The notes below the pieces were generated by a model. That model ran no database searches and was not told where the DNA came from. It saw only the letters and a list, made by a program, of their open reading frames with translations. A stretch of 64,000 nucleotides of DNA from Camelus ferus (lineage: Eukaryota). Both the position numbers and the translations under genes were made by a program. Shown here in pieces: positions 50,418 to 61,930 of the stretch; position 1 is the first letter of the stretch, and each line of letters begins with the position of its first letter. The DNA is taken from NCBI RefSeq assembly GCF_009834535.1, contig NC_045696.1, positions 10,728,001 through 10,792,000 on the forward strand, written 5' to 3'.

Positions 50418-50664
50418 CGTATTTCAGTTTTAGAGGGACTGAATGACCTGACCAAAGTCACCCGAGGGCAGGAACTAGTTAGTGATGGCGTCCTTCTCTG
50501 CAATTCAGAGCCATGTTTGTGACACTTTGCCAGCTGCCTCTCTGAGCGTGGCCGGCAGCTGTGTGTCTTACTGTCTTTCTCGGAGACACCACGACTGCCT
50601 TCAGTGACCGCTGAAGATTATTTTATGACTAATAACTAGTGGTTTTAGTGGGTAGCAGGAACAG

Positions 50665-50845
50665 CCAACATTATTTGAGAGCTTACTCTGCACCAGTAAC
50701 AGAGCTAAGCTCCTGTCTCATGTCAGCCTTACAACAGCCCCATGAGGGATAAGTCATTATCATCATTTCACAGCTTAGGAGATGCAGGTGCAAAAGGCTA
50801 AGCAACTTAGCCAGGTCTGGACCAGCTGATGGGCTGAGAACCAGG
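50665..50845 (-). mobile_element. MIR SINE
   Basis: ccttacaacagccccatgaggga...catttcacag...ggctaagcaacttagccagg. Confidence 0.7.
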
Positions 50846-51029
50846 CCTCCCTTCCAGGCAGGTGCCTCCCATCTCTCTTCCCAGGCTCCACCTCTGTAGC
50901 TCTCAGCTACCAGATGCAATCCCCCAGTTCCCCAGTTAATAGCCACATGTCCTTTGAAGAACCTCAGTTTCCACATTTGCGTTAGTTCCTCAAAATGTCA
51001 CATAATTGCTTTTTAAAAAAAATAAATCT

Positions 51030-51265
51030 ATACAGATTGTGCATTGTTTCTCCTAAGCAGATAGATTGCATTATTAGTGTGAAAACACAGTTTGGGGGCT
51101 GAAATAAATAGTTTGATTTCCCTGACTGATAAATGCCATTTCATAGTAATCACGGCAGTCATCACGAGTGAAGGAGCAGCAATAGTGGGAAAACGAATCA
51201 TCATAATCAGGAAATTCAACTTCATTTTATTAACAATGAAAAGAAGTAATTCTACTGTGACAGTA
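51030..51265. promoter_or_regulatory. Candidate conserved non-coding element
   Basis: Unique AT-rich block with SOX motifs (cattgtt, aacaatg), TAAT cores, tgataa, and tgacag at the end. Confidence 0.4.
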
Positions 51266-51267
51266 GA

Positions 51268-51718
51268 GTGTTCGTTTCCTAGACATAACAAAAGCACCAC
51301 ACAGCGGGTGACTTAAAACAATGAAGATGTATTATCTGAGAGCATTAGAGTTTAGACGTCTGAAGTGAAGGTATTGGTAGGGTCATATTCCCTTAGAAGT
51401 CTCCACCAGAGGACTTGTCTTTATTTTCCAGCATCTGGTAGCCCCAGGCATTCCTTGGCTTGTGGCTGCATCGCTCCAGTCTTTGTCTCCATGTCTCCTT
51501 CACATGGCCTTCCTTCTCGTGTGTCTGTGTGCCTTCCCATGGCTGTCTTCTTCTAAGGACACCACTCATGTTGGATTAGGTGCCCACCCTACTCTGCTAG
51601 GACCTCATGCTAACTAATTACATCTGCAACAGCCCTATTTCCAAATAAGGGCACGTTCTGAGATACTGAGGGTTAAGACTTCAGCATGTGTTTTTAGGGG
51701 GACACAATTCCCCAGTAG
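51268..51718 (-). mobile_element. MaLR solo LTR (MLT1C-like)
   Basis: ccccaggcattccttggcttgtggctgcatcgctcca..., ccctatttccaaataagg..., gggggacacaattc. Confidence 0.85.
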
Positions 51719-52329
51719 CTGGAAGTATCAAGGTTTGCCTCTAAATCTAACAGATTATAACTGGGGCTTATGCAATATTTCGTGTGGTTTGGGGATAATT
51801 ACTGGAGTTAGGATATCTGAAACTTTGGCCTGTCCCATAAACATTCAAGAAAGAAAGAAGCAGAAATTAACGGAAATGTCCCTTGCTCCCTGTCCGTCTG
51901 AGGGAGGGGGAGGTAAATTTGTTTGGTGAGAAAGTGGGCATAAATGTTGCAGGAAATGCATGCCTGCCTAGGTGATTTGATCCACTTAGGGCTAGGGCCA
52001 GGTATATTTTTATGAATTATTTTTCTGGGAACTGGATTCAAGCTATCTTGAAAAGATGTGTTGTGTCTTTTCTGCAATGTCTGGTTGCTTCTGTCAAAGA
52101 CTCAATGCAACAGCTCCTCTCCTGGGTTCTCGTCAGATACGAGCAAGACTCAATGGCAAATGGCAAATGGCAAATGCAAAATGGAAGACGGCTCTTCACA
52201 GCTGGGCAGCTACCACTCACCATGCAGCCCAGCCCTTGGCCGCTGCACCACCATCATCACTTCACTGTCCGTACTACCCAATGGCAAAACCCTTCACCCA
52301 CCGTGTGTTAGTGGTGTGGTAGCTGGAGT

Positions 52330-52716
52330 TGTATAGTTTGCTAAGGCTGCCGTAATAAGATACTGCCGACTGAATGACTTAAATCATAGCAATTTATTTT
52401 CTCACATTCCTGGAAGCCAGAAGTCCAAGATCAAGGTGTTGGTAGGGCTGGTTTCTTCTGAGGCCTCCCACCTTGGCTTTTAGCTGCCTGCCTTCTCCCT
52501 GGGTTCTTACACGATTCTCCCTCTGTGTGCATCTGGGTCCTAATTTCCTTTCCTTTTATAAGAACAGAAGTCAGATTGGATTAGGGCCAACCTTAATAAC
52601 CTCATTTTAACTTAATTACTTCTTTAAAGACCCTACGTCCAAATACAGTCACATTCTGAGGGGCTGGGGGTGAGGACTTCAACACAGGAATTTGGGGAGG
52701 CACACAATTCAGAACA
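52330..52716 (-). mobile_element. MaLR solo LTR (MLT1B-like)
   Basis: tgtatagtttgctaaggctgccgtaa...aagtccaagatcaaggtg...acacaattcagaaca; TSD ggagt/gaagt. Confidence 0.88.
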
Positions 52717-52865
52717 GAAGTAATATGGTCATTGTTGAGGATTAAGAAGGTAAGGCCCTTGACGCCTGGGTGTTGGATGCCATCAGAAGATGCATGCTCT
52801 TATTTCCATTCCCTCCAATTCTGGTAGCGCTATGTGGACAAATTTCCTTTAAGAAGTGGGTGACA

Positions 52866-52972
52866 AGGGGTTGTGGTGGGAATAGCTCAGTGGTAGAGCA
52901 TATGCTTAGCATGCACAGGGTTCTGGGTTCAATCCCCAGTCCCTCCATTTAAAAAAGAGAAAGAAACAAACA
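52866..52972 (+). mobile_element. tRNA-derived camelid SINE, short form
   Basis: tagctcagtggtagagcatatgcttagcatgcac...ggttcaatcccc; TSD aagaagtggg(t/g)gaca at 52851-52865 and 52973-52987. Confidence 0.92.
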
Positions 52973-54784
52973 AAGAAGTGGGGGACACATAGGAAAACTG
53001 GACTTTTCTTTCAGGCAATAATAATCCCTTTAAAACATCTGGTCTGCAACCCCCCCCCGCCCCCCACCACCTCCAAGAGCCAGTGCAAGTCCAGCCACCA
53101 AGGGCCAGGGCCTCTGGAATCCCAGAAGCTGCAGAGGCCCGGGCCTGGCTTCCTGGAATCTGAGCTGAACACTGAAGCCTGAGCTGCTTTGCAGGAGAGC
53201 TGGGGGGCTCAAGCACCTCGCTGCACCTAATCCTCTTTCAGAGGTGGGGAGGCGCTTTCACGCAGCCATGGGGTCCTCTCTGTGGGCTTGCAAAGGGGTC
53301 TGGAGGACTTTGGCGCTGTCCTCACCCACTTCCCCGTGAGGCAGGGCGACCAGAAGCAAGGCCAGCAAACCTTGGGACCACCTGACTGGGGCAAAGAAGA
53401 AGGGCCACGGTCCCGCAGAGCCTGCAGGAGTGCCCTGCTGTGGGCTGGCTTCCTACCCCTTGGGAGTAGCCTCCTCTGAGAGGTCACTGCAAGGGAGCAC
53501 CCCAGCCTCCGCCAGGAGGACACCTAACATCCATTCCCCATGTCCACTGCTGCAGAGGTTGGGCAAAGTGGGGGGGTCCCTTCACTTCCTTATTACTGAT
53601 TAGGGGTTAGGTGGAAGGAAGTGGGACTCGGGGAGCTCCCAAAGCAGGCAAATAGGAAATGCTACAACCACAAACACAACCATTTTGAGGGTGGCCCCAT
53701 CACTGCTGGTGGAAGGAATGCGCCCTCTCATCCACAGCCCTTGCTGTAGGGCCTGGAGTCTCCTTGAATAGGATGCCAGCCCGGGAGATGGGTAGACACC
53801 AGGGTTGGGAGTAGGGGGACTCTGTATGTGAGGATGGAGATCTGGGCGAGGAACCTTCCGTCTCCAGGTCTCCAGTTCTTCATCTGGTTGGATCAGTGAC
53901 TTCTAATACTCTTTCCAGCTCTAATGTTTTACCATTCCATCTACATCTACACTCACCAGACTCGACTCTTCTGGTTGGACCCAGTTAGCAAGCAAGCATT
54001 GGATGTGAAAGGTGACATTCACTTTTAAAAGGAGAGACAGAGACAGAAAACAGCATGTTGTCTTGGGAAACCAAGCTTGAAGACCCGCACTTCAGAATGT
54101 AAATATCCATGAACGGTCTTCGATTGCTCCCGCAGACCAGCCCAGGACAGCTCCTTAGACTCAGTAGGTTTCAGGTAAAGTCTAAGTCATTTCAAAGCTC
54201 ACCAAAGTGTGAAGGCGACTCTTGCAGACCATTCGCTTCTTGCCTGGCCCCTTTTGTCTTGCCTTGTCCCAGACTTTCAGCATCCTCCTCTGAAGGAAAT
54301 CATTACCTACTTTACAAAGTGATCCAAACTGTACTTTGTCTAGATTCTTCCATTAACAGAATCCTCACAAAGGTATAGAAAGATGAAGCTGATGGCCCAG
54401 GGACCCACAGGATGTACCTTCTCATGAATGTTCTGGACCCCAGTAGAATGAGCAGGAGGACTTGCTCGATAGGAATTCCGGGCCTGGTTTCTGCTTTTAA
54501 CTCACTCTGGCCTCTACCATAGCAGAGGCTGCCTCTGGGCCTCTGTCAGTCCCCAACAACTCCCTGGGGGATGTTGCTTGCTTAAACCAGAGTCTCCTCC
54601 TCTTGCAATTAAATTCCTGACAAAGTGCATGATTTACAGTCATTTCTGGGTGAAATCATTTTTCTATGACAGTTTCTCAAATGGGATTTTAGCGAAACAC
54701 CCTCTAAGGAAGGGTTATACCCTAGAAGATACTTGATTTTTTTTCTTTCTCATTTGTTTTTCTAAGATTCCAGATAGACTAATT

Positions 54785-54900
54785 AATTGCATATTCATCA
54801 GCTCTTGATAGAGCGCCTCCTCTGTGCGACGCTCTATGCATTGAGCACAGCGGTGGTCAAGGCAAGGATGCCTACAGGCCGGTGCATCCTCTGGGCACTG
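54785..54900 (-). mobile_element. L2 fragment
   Basis: attcatcagctcttgatagagcgcctcctctgtgc...cacagcggtggtcaaggcaag. Confidence 0.5.
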
Positions 54901-55027
54901 CCTTGGAGCCCAGGAGTGGAGGGAACCCGTCCTGGAATGAGCAAATCTGGTGCTGCCAGGACAGACAATAGTCCCTGAGCGGGGTTCTTTGTGGGTTTAC
55001 CTCCCAAGGTGAGACTTCTGGGGAAGT

Positions 55028-55122
55028 GGGGGTGCCAGAGAAATACAGGAAGCCTGGTTACATTTGAATTTCAAACAATGAATAATTTTCTAATTAAGTA
55101 TACCCCGAATATTGCCCTGAGA
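55028..55122. mobile_element. MER53 half copy
   Basis: gggggtgccagagaaatacagga...ggttacatttgaatttca...aataatttt...aagtataccccgaatattgc. Confidence 0.7.
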
Positions 55123-55129
55123 ACTAGGG

Positions 55130-55290
55130 ACGAGTGTCATTCTACTTATGTTATGAATGAGGAAACCAAGGCCCCGAGAGGTTAAGTGACTTACCTAAGG
55201 TCACACAGCTGAGATGTTGCAGCACTGGGATTTAAACGCAGGCAGGGCCGTACCAGAGTTGTTCGCTTGTACCCTACTCAAGCAGCCTGG
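55130..55290 (-). mobile_element. MIR SINE
   Basis: atgaggaaaccaaggccccgagaggttaagtgacttacctaaggtcacacagct. Confidence 0.85.
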
Positions 55291-55939
55291 TCACACGGCG
55301 ATGGGTGTGAACCCTTCCCGGCAGCAGGGTGTTGATCCAGACTCGGGGGTCTCTAGAAAAACCTGCTCTGTTCCCGAAGCCCACCTTTCCCACAAATCCC
55401 CAAAGGAAGGGCTAGGCTTGTCCTTGGTCATTACATCCCACCGCCCAAGATAGAGACCGATGCCTAGAACCTATCCAGTATTTGTTAAATAACTAAGTGA
55501 ATAAATAATAAAAGTAATGTGAATTCTTTGCAGAAAACTTGGAAATATGAAACAAGTATTTTAGAAACACAATGCTAATTCCAACACCTACAGAAAGCCA
55601 CTGCTAATACATTCCGGCCTCAAACATTTTGAAGAGATACGTTTCATGGTCAGAACCCTCATCCTTCGAGTCCTGTACTTTCCCTCGGCCTCTTCTTTTT
55701 CTCTGAGCTTTCTTAAGGGTTTTTTTTTTTTTTTTTTTTTTTCCCCTCAGAAAAGGATGTTACACTCATTTACACTGAGGTGTAAGTGGATAATAACAGC
55801 TGAGATGACTACTTGACTAGGTAATTTATGTTACATTTTTAACGGGAGTTAAAACTCTCAGATGAAAGGATAAAGCAGCTCACGCCCCTTCCCCTCCAAC
55901 TCCCTTACCTTAGGAATCTCAGGGGCCACTACACTTGGA

Positions 55940-56060
55940 ATGATTAGATCTGAGATCTGGGCCCAGCGTTGTCACTAATCCACCTTGTGTTGTGCCCTTG
56001 GGCAAGTTATTTCATCTCCCTAGGACTTCTCTGTAAGGTAGAGGAGGGTGGTCTGAGAAA
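55940..56060 (+). mobile_element. MIR fragment
   Basis: tgtgcccttgggcaagttatttcatctccctagg...tctgtaa. Confidence 0.6.
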
Positions 56061-56134
56061 CAATAAATCACCAGTGTCCAACACACCTCCATAATAGAAC
56101 TCATACATACGTATACATGTAATATTTATTGATT

Positions 56135-56545
56135 TAATGTTTTATTATAAAAATTACAAACAAACTGGGGGGAGAGTAATAGCTCAGTGGTAGAGCACAT
56201 GCTTAGCATGCATGACATCCTGGGCTCAATCCCCAGCATCTCCATTAAAAATATTACAAACAATCTAATAAAAGTAGAGGAAATAATACAAATAACCTCT
56301 ATTGACCCATCATCCAGCTACAAAAAGCACCAATTCCTGGATCTCTGGTTTCACTTACACTGCCACCAGCTTCTCTTCAAGCACCAGGTTATTTTGAAGC
56401 AAATCCCAAATGTCATACAGTTTCATATGTAAATATTGAGTGTCAGCCTCTAAAAGATAAGGAATCTTTATTTCAGTGAGATGACTGTCATACCTGAAAA
56501 AATGAAGAATAATTTCAATTTCATCAAATAAGCAGTCAGTGGAAA
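56135..56545 (-). mobile_element. L1MC5-like 3' end, interrupted by a SINE
   Basis: aaagtagagg...cccatcatccagct...ttattttgaagcaaatcccaa...ctctaaaagataagga. Confidence 0.7.
56167..56250 (+). mobile_element. tRNA-derived camelid SINE, short form
   Basis: A and B boxes; TSD attacaaacaa at 56153-56163 and 56253-56263. Confidence 0.9.
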
Positions 56546-56667
56546 TGAGTGTGTGTGTGTGTGTTTGTGTGGGCGTGTTTGGGATTTTGTTTTATTCTAT
56601 GTGGTTTCAGGAGCCAGATCTACAAGTGCCAATTGAGCGTCTCCTAGGTGCTCAGAGGCTAGACGCA

Positions 56668-56750
56668 AGAAAGGAAGGAAGAAAGGAAGAAAGGAAGGAA
56701 GAAAGGAAGAAAGGAAGGAAGAAAGGAAGGAAGGAAGGAAGAAAGGAAGA
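56668..56750. repeat. (GGAA)n/(GAAA)n microsatellite
   Basis: Directly visible. Confidence 0.95.
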
Positions 56751-57304
56751 CTTCACGGAGAAGGTGAGGGCTGGATTTAGGAGGATGCAAGAAGGGCATA
56801 AAGATGATATAAAAGCAAAGGGAAACACTCAACTCACTTGACTTCCCAAGCTAATTTCCGGAAGGCCTGGAGTCATGCATCGGCTTGAGGTTGTGTTCGT
56901 CTCCTATTCATCTACTTGTCAAACTTGACTGAAATCTACATAATGCTCTGAGTCTAAGCAAGGGTTGGGTTTGGGGGAGGAGATGGCATGGGAGATAGAG
57001 ACACAAAGATGGAAGGAGTCATTGAGAAGCAAGCCCTCAATAAGCAGGTGTTGAATAAACACTGGGGGGGGGGTGACATGCAACTATTGTCACATGATAA
57101 ATCTGAATAATATTCATGTAGTTAATAAAGCAAATTGTCCTGTATTAAGGACAGATCTAGCACAGAGACATCATAGCATTGAGAGTGGCCCAGCCTTGGA
57201 ACCAGCTCTTTGCAAAATAGCACCCTGCCGGTCCCTGGAGGCTGTCAATCAATTCCCATTCTCCTCCACCACTCTGTGATTTTGGGCCATCTATCTCTTC
57301 CTTT

Positions 57305-59535
57305 TATTTCAAAATTACTTTAATTTAATTTTTTAAAATCAAAATTATAAGTTCACAGAATTTAGAGTCAGGTTTGGAAAGCTCATGAGATGAACGAGAG
57401 TTCCTCAGCGCTGCCTCCCTCTCTGCCGTTTCCTGATTCTGAGGCAAGCACTTTCATCTTAACAGATTCCTTTGAGGTGTGCATCCTATATCTCTGTAAT
57501 AACATGATTTCATTGCTATTTCTTGGGGGTTTTTCGGCTTTAGACGTTACCTACTGACTTTGTCTACAGAAGGATTTTACCCTTTCACATAAAACACACG
57601 TATACACGTATGCACACATGCATGCACGCACACACACACACACATACACACACAATTCTCCCTCTGTAATTTTATTGAAATTTTGAAGACTACTATTAAG
57701 CTTTTACTTTATTATGATTCTGTAAATACTCTGATTAGCGGAACCCTGAATACTATGTTCATTTTTTATTACTCAACATCTTCTGTTTTTCCTGAAGTTT
57801 ATAATTGCTTTATATTTTTCATCTGCTTTAATAATTCAGTCCCTAAACTCTGCCATCCTTTCAATGTGTTCACACAATAATTCCATCTTTTTGTAGAAGT
57901 CTACTCCAGAATCTTCTGGATTGGTTACTCTCTACATCTCTTATACAGCTTTACTTCTCTTTTGTGATAGAACCCCAATTTTCCAGACCCCACATCTTCC
58001 TCTTTTTAAAATTTAAAAAATTTTACTCCTTTTTAAATAAAAATATCTCCAGTAGCTTCCTCATAGGGCCTTGCATACCTGAAAACATATTTATTATACC
58101 CTTACATTTGATTAATATTTTTTCTGGGTATAGAATTCTACCTTTGGAAATATATTTTCTTCAGGATTTTGAAACATTTATCCATTGTTGCTTATCATAC
58201 TGTTGTTGAGAAGTCCAATGTCATTCTGATTCTTGACCCTTTGCATAAAGCATGCTTTCTTTTTTCTCCCTGGAAACTTAGTATCTCTATCCCGAATGTG
58301 ATGAAATTGCATAGTAATGTGTTTAGGTGAATCAGTTTTCATCCGTGGTGCTGGGGATAACTGGGAAACTCAGGGTCTTGGTATCTGGGAAGTTTTCATG
58401 AATTATTTCTTTGGGGCATTTTCTCTTATTGTTTCTGGATCTGCTTACAGACCTGGATTTAGACATTCTGGAGTTGCTCCTATAATTTCATTACTTCTCT
58501 CTTATTTTCTCTTTGTTTTTGTTACACATTCCAAGTGTTGTCCTTAACTTCTTCATTCTGCTCTTTCCAAGCACTTTTGCTTATTTGCTGAATTTTTAAA
58601 AATTAGAATCTTCTTTTCTTTTTTTTTTCTAATATTATTGAGATAGAATTGATATACATCACTGTATAAGTTCAAGGTGTACAGGCATCACAGAATCCTA
58701 TTCTTATTTCATGGATGCAAAATTTTCTCCTTGCGCTCTGAGAATATTAATAATAATTTAGAAACTTTTCCTTCTCTCTGTGTAACTTCTATAGCTGCCT
58801 CCAAATTACTCGCCCCTCCTCTCTGGTTCTGACTTTTCAGTTAGAGGCTGTTCTCAAATGTCAAATGATCCTTAAGTGTCTCTTTATGTCTACAAAGGAG
58901 CGCTAGACGCTGATGGTAAGTTCTGTGCATGTGCATAGGGCTTGACCATTATGGGCTTCAGTGTGGTGATCTTCCCATACTGTTTTCCTGGAGAATCTTG
59001 GGTTTCAGTCTTTTCTGTTGCATTGTTGGAAGAGCTGCAGTGAAAGCTCTTACAATTTCTCATGTGGAAGCAATAGTCCTTACTACCATTGTTCTGGAAA
59101 CAAGGTGGGGAAAATGGCTGGAGATGTCAACATTCAGAATGTGAACATCTGTTTAGCCTGGCTTTGCAGAACAGGAAAGGAAGGTAGGGAATCTAACTAC
59201 TTCTTAAAAGGACTGTTAATCAGTCATCCTGCATATAGATTGATCTTTATTCCCACTTCCATATGTCCCTAATGTCACCAATTCCTGAGCAATTGAGTTG
59301 TTTCTGGTCTCCCCCATTGGTGGCTATGATTCAGCTTTCTCAGATCTGTTACATCAGTAACCAAATATACATTTACTTTCCAGCTTCCAAATTTTATTGC
59401 TGTTATCATCGCGTTTGTTCTCTTCATCCTGTAGGTTTGTGTGTTCTCCAAAATACCTCCTCCGTTGTTGTTTTAGTGGGCTTTCAGGAGGGACTGGAGA
59501 CCAGTGCTTGCCATCTTTGAATAGAAGTTCCCCCA
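57305..59535 (-). mobile_element. Near-full-length HAL1 (half-L1) fossil
   Basis: 3' end gaggcaagcactttca...aataacatg...ttgctatttcttg...ttagacgttacctactgactt; ORF1 region ttcttatttcatggatgcaa; 5' end gccatctttgaatagaagttcccc; contains (CA)n at ~57600-57655 and a short L1 tail at ~58620-58690. Confidence 0.7.
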
Positions 59536-60219
59536 TCTCCTCTCAGTGGCCTTGGCTTTGGAATTTTTTCTGTTTTTATTACAGCAACAGTCAAGTAAGA
59601 AAGCAAAAGCCCATTCTAATATCCATTGCCACCTTATTACCTTGCTTTGACATATGGATAGAAATTTGTTCCTCCATTTCTGCACTAACACAGCAATGAA
59701 GGAAAGAACAGAGAAAAAATTTTCTGAAGCAGGAGGTAAGTGGTTCTTCCCATTCCCTGGAAAACAGCAATAGCTTGAACAGGTCCAGGAGATCTTGATC
59801 TGTATGGGTGGATCTTGAGGCATGTGCACTGCCCCCTGGTGGATGAGCTGGTACTGCTTTTAGGGCACTCCATGCTTTTCAAGATGGTGATGTGAATGGG
59901 AGTTCAGATACCATTGCCAGAGGAGGTGAGATTTGAACTCAGACCAGAAGAGAAGAGGAGGAAAAGCGTTCTAAATTTAAACTTCTTTTTCATTTCTTTC
60001 CAATTAGTACATCCATGCCAGCTTCAATCAGTACACCCACTGTGTGTGGCCTTGTAACTCTCACTTGGGATTTAGCATTCTTCCAGGAACAGCTAATTAT
60101 TTTCCTGACTTCTAGATTGTTACTACCCTGTATAAAGGGGAAGTACCAGTTTTAAGGAAGAAGACATGTCATCCACTGGGAAACTCACCTCCAGTAATAT
60201 CACCCCATCACCTTCTACA

Positions 60220-60407
60220 GCTGTGTTGTCCAGTAAGGTCACCATCAGCCACGTGACTACATTTCAATTTATTAACATTCAAAATTCAGTTTCTAGTCAC
60301 TCTAGCCAGATGTCATGTGCTTAACAGCCACATGTGGCTACCATATTGGCCAGCACAGATAGAGAACGATGTCCATTGTTGCTGAAAGTTCTACTGGACA
60401 GCATTGA
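60220..60407. mobile_element. MER3-like hAT MITE
   Basis: tgtgttgtccagtaag...cagccacatgtggctaccatattgg...gaaagttctactggacagcattg. Confidence 0.8.
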
Positions 60408-60569
60408 CCCAGAGTTCGTGCTGGTACCTGGACGTTTCTTTGATTCTCACAGGTGGAATTAACCACAACCTCATCCACGTTCCTACAAGTGTCCCCACCT
60501 CTGACACAGCAGCTATTACAGTTGGACTTGAAATGGAGTCGGTTCAATAACAGACCTGTCTCTTTCACT

Positions 60570-60685
60570 TGACGGTAAGCTTATGAGGGCAAGGACCAAG
60601 TGTGTGTCATTTGCTGTCATTCCCAGCACCTGGAGCAGAGACGGGCAAAGAGAAATTCCTGAATAAGTGATGGTTGAATGAACGA
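60570..60685 (+). mobile_element. L2 3' end
   Basis: gtaagcttatgagggcaaggacc...tcccagcacctggagcag...tggttgaatgaa. Confidence 0.75.
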
Positions 60686-61057
60686 CCTGACTGTAAACTC
60701 CCTGAAGGCAGGAATGAAATGTTCTCCTTGTTTAACTCCCCAAAGTTCCTTGAGCAGAGCAGGAACCTCAGGAACCCTCAGGGGATTGTTGCGTGCTCTC
60801 ATATCTGCCAGCCTAAGCAGGCGCTTTACTACCCCTGAGACAAAAAGCCAGATTGCTGTGCTCCCCGACCTCCCCAAGCTCCCTTTCGCCTCTGTCCTTG
60901 CACACGTTGTCTCCTGTGGCTTTGCTGCATCCCGCCCACTCTCACTGCTGCTTCACTGAGGCAGGTCTGTGCCGGCATCGCCACCACACACCTTACACAC
61001 ATGTGCCCACCATGCTTGTTCTTGAACAACCTTCCCCTCCATCCCCATACCCAGAAG

Positions 61058-61488
61058 AGTGGTCTCCAAACTGCGGTGTGTGCATCCCAGGAGTCGCCCC
61101 ATAGGAGCCTCTGCAGTGTAGAGGGAAAATGTTTGGACTTCCATTTTTGTTTTTTTTTAATCTCATTTAAAATTGTCTTAGGTGGTAGGGTATAGCTTAG
61201 TGATAGAGTGCATGTGTAGCATACACAAGGTTCTGGGTTCAATCCCCAGCACCTCCTCTAAAAATAAATAAATAGACCTAATTACCCCCACCCCCCCCAA
61301 AAGAAAAATAAAATAAAATTTTAAAAAATAAAAATAAAATGAAATAAAAGTGTCTTGCTCTGCTATGGATTTTAATATGTTAATACATTAGCATAATAAT
61401 ATGTGCGTATTTCTAAGTTAAATACACACGTTTGGAGCGTACTCTAACTTATTTTTATTGACAGGTGTATTTGTGAAAAAAGGCACTG
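61058..61488. mobile_element. hAT/Charlie-type MITE (Charlie18a-like) hosting a SINE
   Basis: Starts agtggtctccaaactgcggtgtgtgcatcccagg, has an AT-rich body and ends ...ggcactg. Confidence 0.5.
61180..61345 (+). mobile_element. tRNA-derived camelid SINE, long form
   Basis: agggtatagcttagtgatagagtgcatg...ggttcaatccccagcacctcc...cctaattacccc plus A-rich tail; TSD aaaa(t/g)tgtctt at 61169-61179 and 61346-61356. Confidence 0.9.
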
Positions 61489-61799
61489 CCCTGGAATACT
61501 TCCCGGGCTTCTACTTCCTGGTTTTGCTCACACCTGAGGAGCCAGTAAACCTCCCCGCCCCACCCCCCACCCCCTGCATCCTCCATCCACTCAGGTCCTG
61601 CTGATTTGGGGGGAATTGATGTACAGCCTTACAAACCCCTGGCATCTCCTGTTTTTGAATGCCGTAGTGTACCTCCACGGTAACACACGGCACTTTGCTC
61701 TTAAATTTGAATTATTTTCAGTTACTAGCTTTGTCTTTCCAACCAAATGGCCAATTCCATGAGCATCTTACAGTTATTTTGTGCTGAAGACCCCCTTAG

Positions 61800-61930
61800 T
61801 ACGGAAGGGCAGAGGGAATACCCAGTCCAATCCCATTTTATAAATAAAGGAGATAATAGAGACAGGGAGGTAAAGTGACCTAGTGAGGGACACACAGATG
61901 AGAGCCTTGCGTGGATTGGGATCATAGATT
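61800..61930 (-). mobile_element. MIR fragment
   Basis: cagtccaatcccattttataaataaaggaga...ggaggtaaagtgacct...gacacacag. Confidence 0.6.

Noticed and set aside
49815..50522. L1 ORF2 reading frames as a functional gene
   Set aside because: Short inverted fragment with a premature stop; lacks the endonuclease domain and the RT core.
52152..52184. (AATGGCA)n heptamer run
   Set aside because: Only three to four copies; ordinary slippage with no supporting context.
52866..52972. tRNA gene-like sequence (also at 12226, 20021, 56167 and 61180)
   Set aside because: A-rich tails, TSDs and divergence between copies show these are SINEs, not tRNA genes.
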